A stretch of 64,000 nucleotides of DNA from Candidatus Krumholzibacteriota bacterium (GCA_963727455.1 CAVSGG010000008.1:288001-352000), one strand, 5' to 3'; shown: positions 40,079 through 50,892, numbered from the stretch's first letter. The notes: generated by a model not told the origin, from the sequence alone. A program made the numbers and translations.

Positions 40079-42610
40079 TCAGAACTCGGGACCGAGCTGC
40101 ACGAAGATAGTGCCAACGCGCCGTTCAGCCACCGCCCAGCACACGCGAAACGGTCCCAGCGGAGTCTTCCACGAGAGATTGGTCCCCACTCCCGCGAGAG
40201 GCGCGGCATGACGGAGGGTCTCCTCGTCCCGCCAGCCGATGGCCGCGGTGACGCCGAAACGCAAGGTCGCCGCCAGCTGCCAACCCAATCCCCCGCGCAG
40301 CCAGAGAAGCCGCGATGCGAGGATTTCTTCGCGCCGCAGACCGATCCAGCCAAGAGGTCCGCCGGCGCGTCCCCGCAGGGCGACGGGAAGCCGGGGCGAT
40401 CCCTGCACGAAACCCAGTGCAGCCGAGAGGCACAGCCTTCCCGGTCCCTTGGCTTGTGCGACCGCGCCGCCTTCCAGACGCCAAAATCCCAGGTCTCCCC
40501 AACCGGGTACCCCCCGCAGGTAGCGTATGCGGAACCCGAGTTCGTGGGAGTGAACCAGGCCCAAGTTGGCACCACTTTGCAGCTCGGCCGTGATTCCGCT
40601 CAGAGTTTGCGGTCCTGCGGCCTCGTTGAGGCTGAGCCGACTTTCTCGATAGCTCGAGAGCCGGCTCGTCTGGAATCCTACATGCAATCCGAGACCAGGA
40701 TGACGCACCCGGAATCCCAATTGCAGGCCTATCCCCTGCTCTTGGATCACGAGTCGATCTACACGCGAGCCGCGTTCATAGAGCCAGGGCCGGTCTCGCG
40801 ACCAATCCAAGTGCGTCGTGAGCGAGAAATGGCCTCCGGGCGGAATGCCTTGCTGCAGACGGAACTCCAAAGCCGCCTTTCGTTCACTGTAGCGAGAGCT
40901 GAGAGCGGCCTCGCCGCCTCCCAGCGGCAGACGCGCCTGATGGAGCCGGGCCAAGAGGGCGGCGTCATCGTCGGTGATCACGTGGCCCGCGAGTTCCAGT
41001 CGGGCTTGGTGGCGAAGTTCCAGGTGGGGCCGCAGCCGCACCGGGGTGGGCGGGCCGTTCCTGGCGCTGGAAGGCGCGCTGCCGCGCGGTGCGCTGGCGG
41101 AAGCGTCGTCCCCGAGGTGCTCGACTTCGATCCAGGCGCTCTCAACGGCTGGCATGCGCTCGAGGGCATTGAAACGCCGGTAGACTTCCCGCAGGGGGAA
41201 TTCCTCGCCCAGCTCGAAGCCCAGACGGCGGTGCAGCTCGGCCGCGCTCATGCCATCGCCGTCTTCGAGCTCCAGTTTTCCGACCTCAACCTCCGGTTTC
41301 GTTTCGGCAGTGCTTGGGTGCGGCCTGACTCGCGGAGTGGTACCGGGAGATTGGGGGGCGGCAGCTTGCCTCGGCTCAGTCTGCAGACTGCGCAGACTGT
41401 CCCTGCGCTTCGAGGCGAACTCGTAGCCGATGCGGACGATTTCCTCGATCCCGGCAAAGTTCAGACTCCTGTATTTCTGCAGCGGGATGTGCAGAACGAG
41501 CTCCCCCGAATTCGGCTCCACCAGGTTGCTGGGGTACTCCTGCAGCTCCATCGTGCGAATCCACATTTGGTAAAGATCTTCCGGGCTCTGCCGGCCGGGC
41601 AACTGTGTGTTGCTGACGTCGACCACGAGAGAGCGGCGAAATCCCAGGGCGCGCGCGATCTCCAGAGGGTTGTTGAGCCTGAATCCCCCGTCGACGAGTT
41701 CGTGTCCCCTGATGTCGACCGGTGGTAAGAGCAACGGAATCGTGCCGCTGGCCTGCACGGCGCGCGCCAGTGAGCCACTGCGCAGGACCACGATCTGCGC
41801 GGTATTCAGGTCCACCGCCACCGCGCGGAAGGGGGTGGGAAGCCGGTCGAAATCACTCTTGGCATCCAGGAGAGCGCCCGCGCTGAGCGAGCCGATGAGT
41901 TGGGTGATCTTGCGCCCCCCCGAGAGGTTCCGTGGGGGAAGCGGTGGAAGGCGATCCAGTAGGAGACTGAGCTGCGCTTCGGGCAACTCGCGCCACCCTC
42001 CCTGAAGTTGCGCAGGAGCGAGCCGGGCGTCACTGAACAGCGAAAACCAGTCCTGCGAACGCACCATTTCCCGGAGTTGGTCGGCCGTGTACCCACAGGC
42101 GTAGAGCGCACCCAGTACCGCTCCCATGCTGCAGCCCACGATGAGTCCTGGACGCAGGCCCTCCTCCTCCAGCACCTGTAGAACGCCAATCTCGGCGAAG
42201 CCGCGGGCTCCTCCCCCGCCCAAGACGAGCGCAAAGGAGCTCGTGTCCGCCCGCGTCCAGTCGTGCATGGCCTCGAGTTCCACTCGGGCGGAAGCTGGCT
42301 CCGGAGCGCACAAGAGCTGGGGCGGTTTGGGCTCGGAGTGCGCGCTGGATGGGGACGATGCGCTCCGCGCGGCTAGCAAAGAAGTCGGCAACGGCGCGCC
42401 CGGTGAGGCGAGCGAAGCCGACTGCATCGGCGCGCTCTGTGCGGCAGACGCTGAAAGGGAAATTGCCGCGGCGTGCGCGAAAGTGGAAATTACCGCGCTG
42501 AGCGTGAAAAGGAAAATTGCCCCGGCGAGCACGAAGGACAGTAAGTTCCAAGCGCGCGAGCGATTTTCCGCTCTATCGCCACTGCTCGAATCGCGAACTC
42601 GCTTGGGCAT
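40079..42610 (-). CDS. Patatin-like phospholipase with POTRA and beta-barrel (PlpD-like)
   Basis: GGGGARG, GCSMG, DGG; C-terminal TPLGP...VQLGPEF. Confidence 0.82.
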   Translation of the reverse strand: MPKRVRDSSSGDRAENRSRAWNLLSFVLAGAIFLFTLSAVISTFAHAAAISLSASAAQSAPMQSASLASPGAPLPTSLLAARSASSPSSAHSEPKPPQLLCAPEPASARVELEAMHDWTRADTSSFALVLGGGGARGFAEIGVLQVLEEEGLRPGLIVGCSMGAVLGALYACGYTADQLREMVRSQDWFSLFSDARLAPAQLQGGWRELPEAQLSLLLDRLPPLPPRNLSGGRKITQLIGSLSAGALLDAKSDFDRLPTPFRAVAVDLNTAQIVVLRSGSLARAVQASGTIPLLLPPVDIRGHELVDGGFRLNNPLEIARALGFRRSLVVDVSNTQLPGRQSPEDLYQMWIRTMELQEYPSNLVEPNSGELVLHIPLQKYRSLNFAGIEEIVRIGYEFASKRRDSLRSLQTEPRQAAAPQSPGTTPRVRPHPSTAETKPEVEVGKLELEDGDGMSAAELHRRLGFELGEEFPLREVYRRFNALERMPAVESAWIEVEHLGDDASASAPRGSAPSSARNGPPTPVRLRPHLELRHQARLELAGHVITDDDAALLARLHQARLPLGGGEAALSSRYSERKAALEFRLQQGIPPGGHFSLTTHLDWSRDRPWLYERGSRVDRLVIQEQGIGLQLGFRVRHPGLGLHVGFQTSRLSSYRESRLSLNEAAGPQTLSGITAELQSGANLGLVHSHELGFRIRYLRGVPGWGDLGFWRLEGGAVAQAKGPGRLCLSAALGFVQGSPRLPVALRGRAGGPLGWIGLRREEILASRLLWLRGGLGWQLAATLRFGVTAAIGWRDEETLRHAAPLAGVGTNLSWKTPLGPFRVCWAVAERRVGTIFVQLGPEF

Positions 42611-42618
42611 TCTCTGCC

Positions 42619-43458
42619 TTAGGCCGGTCCTTGCCGTAGCAGGCGCTCGAGCCGGCGGCGGATTTGCTCGGCGTCACTCGCCTCGGGCCGCATGGTGAGA
42701 TAGTCCTCCAAGTCGGCGATGGCGGCCATGCGGAGACCGCTCAGGCCGTAGAGGATTCCCCGATCCCGTCTCTCCTCGGCCGACTCGGGATGCAACAAGA
42801 CGATGCGCTCCACCACCGAGAGTGTGCGCGAAACGTCGCGACGGCGCGCGTAGAGCAGCTTCAAGTTGGAGAGCAGACGCACGAGAATGCGCCGCGAACT
42901 CATGCGCCGCAGATGTTGCTCCTCCAAGATCACTTCTTTGGAGCGCGCCCGCTGGCTGAGCCTTCCCTGCAGCTCTCCACGCAGAAGCACGCGCCCCTTG
43001 TGGAAAGGATCGAAATACAGACTTCCGCCGTCCGGATGGTCGTGCGCCAGCAGAAAATGACCGGGAAAGTCGACACCCTCGAGAACCACGCCCGTCGCGC
43101 GCCGCAGAACTTCCATGGTCAGAATCCCCAAGCTGATGGGAATACCCTTCCGGCGCGACAGCACCTTGTTCAGCATGGAATTGTCCGGGTCATCGTAGTG
43201 AGAGGCGTTGCCCGAAAAGCCCAACTCGACGAAGAGGAGTTGCTTGAGCGCGTAGGCGATGTTGTGAAAACCCGAGCCAGCGTCGACGTGACACGCGAGT
43301 TTGTCCGCGATGCGCTCGACTTGATCGACGCATTCCTCGACGGAGAATTCCGGATACTCCTCTTGCGCGATGAGAAGCGAAACTACGAGGAGATCGATTT
43401 CCGCATCGTCACTCTTCACCAGGGCGGTGAAGCGCTCCCGCGCGTGACTCTTGTACAT
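42619..43458 (-). CDS. SirB1-family transglutaminase-like/TPR protein
   Basis: GFSGN..Y.DP.NS, RRKGIPISL, FPGHFL, FDPF, RDRG. Confidence 0.88.
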   Translation of the reverse strand: MYKSHARERFTALVKSDDAEIDLLVVSLLIAQEEYPEFSVEECVDQVERIADKLACHVDAGSGFHNIAYALKQLLFVELGFSGNASHYDDPDNSMLNKVLSRRKGIPISLGILTMEVLRRATGVVLEGVDFPGHFLLAHDHPDGGSLYFDPFHKGRVLLRGELQGRLSQRARSKEVILEEQHLRRMSSRRILVRLLSNLKLLYARRRDVSRTLSVVERIVLLHPESAEERRDRGILYGLSGLRMAAIADLEDYLTMRPEASDAEQIRRRLERLLRQGPA

Positions 43459-43585
43459 GATGACCTCACGGCTCGGGGTCCTCAATCAATCATATACTGC
43501 CCACGGCCCCCTGACGACCCCGAGTTGGACCAAAAGGCGGAAGGGGTGCTTGCCGCCTCCGCAAACCCCCTCTAGGATTGCGACT

Positions 43586-45412
43586 ATGGGAATTCGCTAC
43601 GTAGATGGGAAGCGCTTTCGGCGCGCGGTGATCGCGGGTGCCGAATGGGTGCGTCACATGCGCGAGCACCTCAACAAGATCAACGTCTTCCCGGTTCCCG
43701 ACGGTGACACGGGCACCAACATGGCTCTGAGCCTGTCTGCTTCGGCAGATGCGGCCCAGAAGAGCGACGACGACGATCTCGCCCAGGCGTCCCAGGACAT
43801 CGCCGAGGCCAGCATTCTGGGTGCGAAAGGGAATAGCGGCCTGATCATGGCCCACTGGTTCCTGGGCTTTTCCAAAGCACTCGGGAAGAAGGCACGTATC
43901 GGCGCCGAAGAACTGGCGCACGCACTGGGGCGCGCCACTCTCCAGGTCTACGAAGCCATCGAGAAGCCGCAGGAGGGGACCATCCTCACCGTGATGCGCG
44001 AGGGGAGCGACGCAGCAGCGCGCGCGGCGGAAAGCGGACGCGATGTGGGTGGAATCATGGACGAATTTCTCGACGCCGCCCGGGCCGCCTTGAAACGAAC
44101 GCCCGAAATGCTCGCCATCCTGAAGGAATCGAAAGTGGTGGACGCGGGCGGACAGGGTTTCGTGCATTTCTTCGAAGGGGTCAAACGTACCCTGGAAGGC
44201 TCGCCGCCACCGGTCGCGCGCGAGGAGGATCTACACGCCGACACCGCGCACCTCGCGATCGGCGAGGGGGAATTGGACGGGCGGTACTGCACCGAGGTCG
44301 TGGTGCGAGGTCGAAACTTCGATCCCAATTTGCTCAAAGCGCGCTTTCACCATCTCGGATCCTCCATGCTCTTGGCGACAACCGGCGAAGTCTTCAAACT
44401 GCACATTCACACCGATCATCCCGACGAGGTCTTCCGTTTGGCGCAGCGTTGGGGCAGCATCGAGGAGCGCAAGGTCGATGACATGCTGCGGCAGAACGAA
44501 GAGCGGCAAACCCACAAGCAGGAGCCGCTGGTTCCGCTCGTCCAGCAGCCTGCGACCGTGGCCATCCTCTGTGATTCCACTTGCGACCTGGATGCGACAA
44601 CACGGCGCGAGTACGGAATCGAGATGGCGCCGCTCTCGATTCTCTTCGGCGACGAGGTATACCGCGATCAAGTCGACCTGAGCACGACCGAATTCTACGA
44701 ACAGCTGCAGACGAATCCCCACCATCCCACCACCAGCCAACCGCCGCCACGCGAGTTCGTGGAAGCGCTGGAGCGCGTCCGCGACGATCGCGAGGTCATC
44801 ATCATCACCCTGGCCAAGAAGCTGTCGGGCACCTACCGCTCCGCTCTCAGCGCGGCCAAGCTGGTGGATCACCCGCGCGTGGAGGTCTTCGACTCCAACT
44901 CCGCCAGCGTGACCTTGGGAATGCAGGTCGTTTGTGCTGCGCGCCTCGCGCAAAAGGGTGCGAGCGTCGACGAGATTCTGGGCTGGCTGAAGCGATGGCG
45001 CGATCGTGGCGGCATTCTCTTCACCGTGGCCACTCTCGACTATCTGAAGCGGGGCGGCCGCATCGGCACCGCAGCCCATCTGATCGGCAGCCTCTTGCGG
45101 ATGCGACCCGTGCTCACTTTCCGCGAGGGAGAGGTACGGCCTCTCAGCAAAGTGCGCGGCGATGACGAAGCATTCGAGAAAGTGTTGCGCGCGTTCAACG
45201 AGGCGGTACCGGCCGGCAAGCGGGTGCGGCTGGGCATCTTGGATTCGACGGGCAGTACCCGTCTAGAGCAGGCGGAGGCGCGGGTGCGTGGGCGCAACGA
45301 AATCGTCGAGATCTTTCGCGGACACATCACCGGTGTCGTAGGCACCCACGTGGGTCCCGGGGCCTGGGGACTGTTCTATCAGATCGTGGAGGACGACGAT
45401 CCGCTGGTATGA
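43586..45412 (+). CDS. DAK2-DegV fusion (fatty acid kinase FakA/FakB-like)
   Basis: INVFPVPDGDTGTNM, GNSG, EGTILTV, VDAGG, YCTE, HIHT; then DSTCD, PTTSQP, LSGT, L.RGGRI, HVGPGA. Confidence 0.9.
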   Translation: MGIRYVDGKRFRRAVIAGAEWVRHMREHLNKINVFPVPDGDTGTNMALSLSASADAAQKSDDDDLAQASQDIAEASILGAKGNSGLIMAHWFLGFSKALGKKARIGAEELAHALGRATLQVYEAIEKPQEGTILTVMREGSDAAARAAESGRDVGGIMDEFLDAARAALKRTPEMLAILKESKVVDAGGQGFVHFFEGVKRTLEGSPPPVAREEDLHADTAHLAIGEGELDGRYCTEVVVRGRNFDPNLLKARFHHLGSSMLLATTGEVFKLHIHTDHPDEVFRLAQRWGSIEERKVDDMLRQNEERQTHKQEPLVPLVQQPATVAILCDSTCDLDATTRREYGIEMAPLSILFGDEVYRDQVDLSTTEFYEQLQTNPHHPTTSQPPPREFVEALERVRDDREVIIITLAKKLSGTYRSALSAAKLVDHPRVEVFDSNSASVTLGMQVVCAARLAQKGASVDEILGWLKRWRDRGGILFTVATLDYLKRGGRIGTAAHLIGSLLRMRPVLTFREGEVRPLSKVRGDDEAFEKVLRAFNEAVPAGKRVRLGILDSTGSTRLEQAEARVRGRNEIVEIFRGHITGVVGTHVGPGAWGLFYQIVEDDDPLV

Positions 45413-45567
45413 GGGAGTGTCTTGAATTGGAAATGGATTCAGGGTACGGCCCGAACTACCCTCGATGAGCGCCTTACCTGATTTGCGCCATCTCCAAGGC
45501 GTGATCCCCAGTGTACTGATGGTGCCATCGCGCGAGAGATTCGAGCATCATTCGAGGAGTCGTTATA

Positions 45568-46596
45568 ATGAAACGAATTGGGTTGCTTGCATTGCTTTCG
45601 CTTTGTGTCATCTGTGTCTCTCCCGCCCCTGCCACAGCCGCCGATGCGGCCGATCAGGAACTCCATGAGATCGTTCTCGAACCCGATCTGGTGATCGGGA
45701 ACGATGAGGACGGGGTGTTGATCGGAAGGGTGAGCAGCGTCGTCGTGGATTCCCATGGCACGATCTACGTCGGAGACAATCAACTGGTGTCGGTCCTGAA
45801 GTTCTCCGACTCGGGTAAGTTCCTGGGAAAGTTCGGCTCGGAAGGACCGGGTCCCGGAGAAATCATGAAGCACTTCACGATGGGGATCGATGGCAAAGAT
45901 CGCCTGGTCTTCGCCGCCAATAGCGGACGGGTCACGCTACTCGATACCGAAGGAAAGTTCCTCGACGAGTTCAATCGGGATCAGCCGGGGTGGTTCATCT
46001 ACAGCCTGCAGTTCGACTCCAAGGGCAACCTCTACACGGTCGATCCGAACATGCTGACGCACCAGATGATTCGCGAATACTCGCCGAATTGGGAAGAACT
46101 GAGGTCCTTCGGGGACAGCTACGCGGTGGGAACGCACGAAGATCCTCGATCTGAGCAGACCTATGCGTCGGGGAGACTCGCAATCGGTCCGGCGGATACC
46201 TTGTTCTACGTGCAGTCGACGCCCTACGAGCTGCGCAAGTACGCCGAAGAGGGCGCCTTGGTGGCAAAGACGAGCGAAGGCGCCGGCGAATTCGTCCCCC
46301 CACATCCGAAGGTCGACTGGACGCGTACCCCCATTAGGGTAGGGTACTCAGGTGGCGCATGGGGAATCGCGGTTCGACCCGACGGACTCGTGCTGACCTC
46401 ATCGAGCCGACGTCTCGAGGATAACAGCCAGGAGAGCCTCCTCTGCTGTTACGACTCCCAGCTCCATCTGTTGGCCGCAAAGCGCATGGATGGAGGCTTC
46501 TTTCTCAGGAGTTCGGATTCGAAGGGACGCCTCTTCGTCGTGTCGCACTCCGATACGGGCCCCCTGATCACCCGCTACCGGATGCGCCTAAAGTGA
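45568..46596 (+). CDS. Secreted six-bladed beta-propeller (NHL-like) protein
   Basis: Signal peptide; VDSHGTIYVGD, G.EGPGPGE, repeated blades. Confidence 0.75.
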   Translation: MKRIGLLALLSLCVICVSPAPATAADAADQELHEIVLEPDLVIGNDEDGVLIGRVSSVVVDSHGTIYVGDNQLVSVLKFSDSGKFLGKFGSEGPGPGEIMKHFTMGIDGKDRLVFAANSGRVTLLDTEGKFLDEFNRDQPGWFIYSLQFDSKGNLYTVDPNMLTHQMIREYSPNWEELRSFGDSYAVGTHEDPRSEQTYASGRLAIGPADTLFYVQSTPYELRKYAEEGALVAKTSEGAGEFVPPHPKVDWTRTPIRVGYSGGAWGIAVRPDGLVLTSSSRRLEDNSQESLLCCYDSQLHLLAAKRMDGGFFLRSSDSKGRLFVVSHSDTGPLITRYRMRLK

Positions 46597-46675
46597 GCAG
46601 CCCGGGAATACCCATGTGGAACTGCAGCGGGAGACTGGACCACGCGACCACAGGGCAGCCCTCACGAGTCTTGCG

Positions 46676-46771
46676 GCACGACTTCTACCCGGGTACACGG
46701 TCCGATCGCCTGTTCGGGCACTTGGCACGGTCTCCTGCCCGGGTGCATAGCACGAGTTCTACCCGGGTAGA
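46676..46771. repeat. Left cluster of TCTACCCGGGTA(G/C)A palindromes
   Basis: GCACGACTTCTACCCGGGTA (46676), degenerate copy (46725), GCACGAGTTCTACCCGGGTAGA (46750). Confidence 0.75.
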
Positions 46772-48117
46772 GAATGCTCATGCTCGTGCTCGGGCTCATG
46801 CTCGGGACCACCCCCCTCTCGTCTCGCGGCTTGGAAAAGCTCCCGCCGTTTCTCTTCGCTCAGAGCATGCAAGGCACGATGACAGGATGCGCATAAGGTG
46901 ATGAGGTTTGTGAGCTCGTGCTTCCCCCCATCCTTCCTTGCAAGGATGTGATGCACCGCCAAGAAATGTCGCTGCCCGCATCCCGGCATACGGCATCGAT
47001 GCCGATCGCGCTCGAGAACCTGCCGGCGAATCCGCGGCGGCAAAGTCGAACGGGTTCGCTGACCAGGACGTTTGATCTTCGCGTCGCAGAGCGCCGCCTG
47101 CAGTGTCACGCGATCGATGACTCGGTCGCCGCGACCGGTGGCAACGCTAGCGGACTCACAACGCGGGCAACACTGGATGCGTACCTGATACGGCGACGCA
47201 GTCACGCGGGCCGAGAACCCCAGATGCGACCCGGCCCTGCCCGATTGGCCCTTTTGCTGACTCCCCGGCAGACTCTCCATCTGACTTCCGCGCTGACTAC
47301 CCCGCTGACTCCCCCGCTGGCTTCCCCGTTGATCCTCCCGCAGAGTGTTCCTCTTTCTTCTCGCTTTCGTGTCGGCCAGTAGCGACGACAGTGCCGCGAG
47401 CAGCAATTCACCTTTCGCCTCACGATGACCACATTGGCGCAACTGGGCGACGAGCGCCTCGTAACGGGCAAACTGCTCCGGAGTGAGAGTGACGCTGAGG
47501 CCGAGGGGAATCTCCGCAATCCTCTCCTGCGCAGCTTGCCCCTCCCGCGGGGTTTGCTCTAGCTCTGGGGCTTGCCTCTCCTGAGTCAGCTCTCTCTCTG
47601 AGGCCACCTTCCCCTTTTCCTCGAGCCCGGCTGAGGTCCCCAAGGCCATCTGCGCCGAGTGGTCTACCCGTGTGGCGCGAACCCGCCGCTTCGTTCGGTC
47701 GATCTCCCGTTCGAGCTCACGGCGGCTCGAGCCCTGCGCCTTGCGCAGCCACTCCTTCTGTGTCTTCGCGGTAGCCACGGTGGCCACGGCCCGCGCTTTG
47801 GTCCACCCCAGCTCGCCCGAAACCACCGCCTTGCGCAAGGTCGGCAGCTCTTTCAGACGCTCCGCCAACTTCAGGAATTGATAGGAGCGTGCTCGTGAAA
47901 ACCCGAGAGCCTCCGCTGCATAAAGATGAATGCTCCCGAAGCCGAGCTTCTTGTAGAGCCGGCGTCGGTGCAGTTCGGCGAACCAGAGAACCACACTCTG
48001 CTCGGCGGAGCGCCAGTTTTGCACCGCGCGCTTCAGTTCGTGGTCGACCTGCACCGCGCTGAGACCAGGACGATAGGCGGGGGAACAATGGGACTGTTTC
48101 GGCGAAGCTGCTGACAT
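46759..48117 (-). CDS. HNH endonuclease with long helical N-terminal region (DUF222-like architecture)
   Basis: RDRHRCRMPGC..VHH..GG...NLITLC..CH...H; N-terminal LY..LGFGSI..YA...LG; GGAGG RBS. Confidence 0.85.
   Translation of the reverse strand: MSAASPKQSHCSPAYRPGLSAVQVDHELKRAVQNWRSAEQSVVLWFAELHRRRLYKKLGFGSIHLYAAEALGFSRARSYQFLKLAERLKELPTLRKAVVSGELGWTKARAVATVATAKTQKEWLRKAQGSSRRELEREIDRTKRRVRATRVDHSAQMALGTSAGLEEKGKVASERELTQERQAPELEQTPREGQAAQERIAEIPLGLSVTLTPEQFARYEALVAQLRQCGHREAKGELLLAALSSLLADTKARRKRNTLREDQRGSQRGSQRGSQRGSQMESLPGSQQKGQSGRAGSHLGFSARVTASPYQVRIQCCPRCESASVATGRGDRVIDRVTLQAALCDAKIKRPGQRTRSTLPPRIRRQVLERDRHRCRMPGCGQRHFLAVHHILARKDGGKHELTNLITLCASCHRALHALSEEKRRELFQAARREGGGPEHEPEHEHEHSLPG
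47281..47340. repeat. 12-bp tandem repeat x5 encoding (GSQR)n
   Basis: CTGACTnCCnCG-like units. Confidence 0.8.
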
Positions 48118-48206
48118 GATGGCCTCCACGAATCGAGAACGAATCGCTCGACGACCCGGTTCACACCGCGTCGTGGGTGGTACTTCTTTGGGGAGGCAAT
48201 ACAAAC

Positions 48207-48234
48207 ATAATAGTGTATTTTAGAAATTTCACAA
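48207..48234 (-). promoter_or_regulatory. Sigma70-like promoter of the HNH gene
   Basis: TTGTGA-N16-TATTAT in an AT-rich patch. Confidence 0.55.
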
Positions 48235-48358
48235 GGGAAACTTGGGCGCTGTCATGCAGGTTCCTCTGGGCATGGCGCCCCTCGACACCCCAATCTTGTC
48301 CTAGAAATATACGATGTATTTGCGCCACATGATTGCGTCCCGCTCCCAGGAAGACGTC

Positions 48359-48436
48359 ACCGTCTACCCGGGTACACCCTCGCCCCCATCGGGTTCGCGA
48401 GGCGGGAAGGACCCACTACCGTCTACCCGGGTACAC
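48359..48436. repeat. Right cluster of palindromic repeats
   Basis: ACCGTCTACCCGGGTACAC identical at 48359 and 48418. Confidence 0.8.
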
Positions 48437-48668
48437 GGCCATGCTGCGGATGCTGATCGGCGCTTGGCCCGGCCCGCTCCTCACGCCCACCCTCTGTTTC
48501 CATCCGCGAGCCGGTCGCAAATCCGAGTCTTTTTTTCGCACGCACCCTTCTTTAGGCTGCCCGATCGGGACGCGAACGCACGCTCGACCGACCTTGCTTT
48601 CGTCAGACCCAAGAACTACCGTCGATGCGCTCATCCACACAGTAGGGATCCAAGGAAGGAGACGTCCT

Positions 48669-49718
48669 ATGATCGGGATCGTCGGTTATGGTTCCTATGT
48701 TCCGCGCTACCGAATCAAGGCAGATGACATCGCCAAGCAGTGGGGCGCGGACGCGGAGGCCTTCAAAAGGGGCCTCCTCCTCGAAGAAAAGACAGTCCCC
48801 GGACCAGACGAAGATACGATTACCATCAGCGTAACGGCGGCCCGCCACGCACTGGCTCGGGCCGGCATCGACCCCCAAGAAATCGGCAGTTGTTACATCG
48901 GTTCCGAGAGCCATCCCTACGCGGTCAAGCCCTCGGGGACCATCCTGATCGACGCTCTGGGGATTGGGCCCGAGGTCCATGTGGCCGACTTCGAATTCGC
49001 TTGCAAGGCCGGCACGGAGGCCATGTACGTAGCTTACTGTCAGGTCAAGTCGGGCGAGATGAAGTACGCGCTGGGGATCGGCGCCGACACCAGTCAAGGC
49101 GCTCCTGGCGATGCGCTCGAATACACCGCGTCGGCCGGTGGCTCCGCCTTCATCATGGGCACCGAAAACGTCGCGGCCGAGATTTTGCACACCTATTCCT
49201 ACACCAGCGACACTCCCGACTTCTGGCGGCGTGAAGGCGAATTTTACCCACGCCACGCCGGTCGCTTCACCGGGGAGCCCGCGTACTTCAAGCACGTGCT
49301 GAGCAGTGCCGGAGGAATCCTCGAGCGCAGCGGTATGAAGCCGGAGGATTTCCGCTACGCCATCTTCCACATGCCCAACGGGAAGTTCCCGCTGAAGGCC
49401 GGCAAGGCCCTGGGGTTCAAGAAGGAACAGATGGAACAGGGCTGGGTCGTCAATCTCATGGGCAACACCTACAGCGGGTCCTCGCCCACTGGATTGGCCG
49501 CCTGTCTGGACGTTGCCAAGCCCGGGGATCAGATCCTCATCACCTCCTTCGGAAGCGGCGCCGGATCGGATTCCTTCATTCTGCGCGCGACCGACCGTCT
49601 GCCCGCGATTCAAAATCTGGCGCCTAAGGTGCGCGATCAACTCGGCGACCGGCGCATTCACCTTGACTACGGCAAGTACGTGGCCTACCGCGGCAAGATC
49701 CGCATGAACGAGGTTTAG
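48669..49718 (+). CDS. Hydroxymethylglutaryl-CoA synthase, archaeal type
   Basis: [64 protein letters not shown]. Confidence 0.9.
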   Translation: MIGIVGYGSYVPRYRIKADDIAKQWGADAEAFKRGLLLEEKTVPGPDEDTITISVTAARHALARAGIDPQEIGSCYIGSESHPYAVKPSGTILIDALGIGPEVHVADFEFACKAGTEAMYVAYCQVKSGEMKYALGIGADTSQGAPGDALEYTASAGGSAFIMGTENVAAEILHTYSYTSDTPDFWRREGEFYPRHAGRFTGEPAYFKHVLSSAGGILERSGMKPEDFRYAIFHMPNGKFPLKAGKALGFKKEQMEQGWVVNLMGNTYSGSSPTGLAACLDVAKPGDQILITSFGSGAGSDSFILRATDRLPAIQNLAPKVRDQLGDRRIHLDYGKYVAYRGKIRMNEV

Positions 49719-49731
49719 AAAGGGGGATGAG

Positions 49732-50892
49732 ATGAGAGACGTAGCTGTCATCGGAATCGGCATGACGAAATTCGGCGAGTTGTGGGACACCCCCCTAAGG
49801 GATCTTTTCGCGATGGCGACCGCCGACTGTTTGGAAGATGCGGGGGTGGAACGCTCCAAAATCCAGTCGGCGTACATCGGTTGCATGAGCGGCGGACTTT
49901 TCGTGGGCCAGGAGCACCTGGCCTCCATCCTGACCGATTACGCCGGACTGCAGGGCATCGGCGCCACCCGCGTCGAGTCGGCCTGCGCCTCGGGAGGCGC
50001 AGCTTTCCGGGCTGCTTGGTTGGAGGTGGCCAGCGGAGCCAGCGACTTCGTTCTGGCTGGTGGGGTGGAAAAAATGAACGACGGCGCGGATGCGACCTAC
50101 TGCTTGGCTACTGCCGCCGATCAAGAATATGAGGTGTACAATGGGGTCACTTTCCCCGGTCTGTACGCGATGATTGCCAACGCGCACATGGAGCGCTACG
50201 GCACCACGCCGGAAATGCTGGCGTCGGTGGCGGTGAAAAACCACGACAACGGCGCCTTGAATCCGAAGGCACAGTTCCAGATGAAGATCAAGCCGGAGAC
50301 GGTTCTGGGTGCGGTGCGCGTGGCCGAGCCCCTGGGACTCTTCGATTGCTCCCCGGTCACTGACGGTTCGGCCTGCGTGCTCTTGGCGCCGGCGGATGTG
50401 GCACGCAAGCTCGGCAAGCCCGTGGTGAAGATCATTGGCTCCGGGCACGCCACCGACACCATCGCTCTGCACGATCGTGAGGACTTCGCCGCCATTCCTG
50501 TGGTGGGCGAAGCGGGACGCCGCGCTTACGAAATGGCCGGGATCGGCCCCAAGGACGTGGATGTCTGCGAGGTGCATGACTGCTTCACGATCGCCGAGAT
50601 CGTGTGCACTGAAGAACTCGGCTTCTTCGAGCGTGGTCAGGGTGGTCAGGCGGCGCTGAAAGGGGCCACCGCTCGTGATGGTGCGAGACCCATCAACACT
50701 TCAGGTGGTCTGAAGAGCAAAGGACATCCGGTGGGCGCCAGCGGCGTAGCGCAGATTTACGAAATCGTCACGCAGCTCAGAGGTGATGCCGGGGATCGCC
50801 AGTTGAAGAAGCAACCCAGGATCGGCATGGCGCAGAACATGGGCGGTTCGGGTGGAAGCTGCACCGTCCACATCCTGGAGGTGGAGTCATGA
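49732..50892 (+). CDS. Acetyl-CoA acetyltransferase (archaeal/SCP2-type thiolase)
   Basis: [39 protein letters not shown]. Confidence 0.92.
   Translation: MRDVAVIGIGMTKFGELWDTPLRDLFAMATADCLEDAGVERSKIQSAYIGCMSGGLFVGQEHLASILTDYAGLQGIGATRVESACASGGAAFRAAWLEVASGASDFVLAGGVEKMNDGADATYCLATAADQEYEVYNGVTFPGLYAMIANAHMERYGTTPEMLASVAVKNHDNGALNPKAQFQMKIKPETVLGAVRVAEPLGLFDCSPVTDGSACVLLAPADVARKLGKPVVKIIGSGHATDTIALHDREDFAAIPVVGEAGRRAYEMAGIGPKDVDVCEVHDCFTIAEIVCTEELGFFERGQGGQAALKGATARDGARPINTSGGLKSKGHPVGASGVAQIYEIVTQLRGDAGDRQLKKQPRIGMAQNMGGSGGSCTVHILEVES

Noticed and set aside
40208-41728. 506-aa plus-strand ORF
   Set aside because: Antisense shadow of the patatin gene, typical of high-GC DNA
46676-48436. CRISPR array or IS terminal inverted repeats
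   Set aside because: Only 2-3 repeats of about 20 bp per side, irregular spacing, no cas or transposase gene; kept as a separate finding
48333-48668. N-terminal extension of HMG-CoA synthase
   Set aside because: The family begins at MIGIVGYG; AAGGAG RBS precedes 48669
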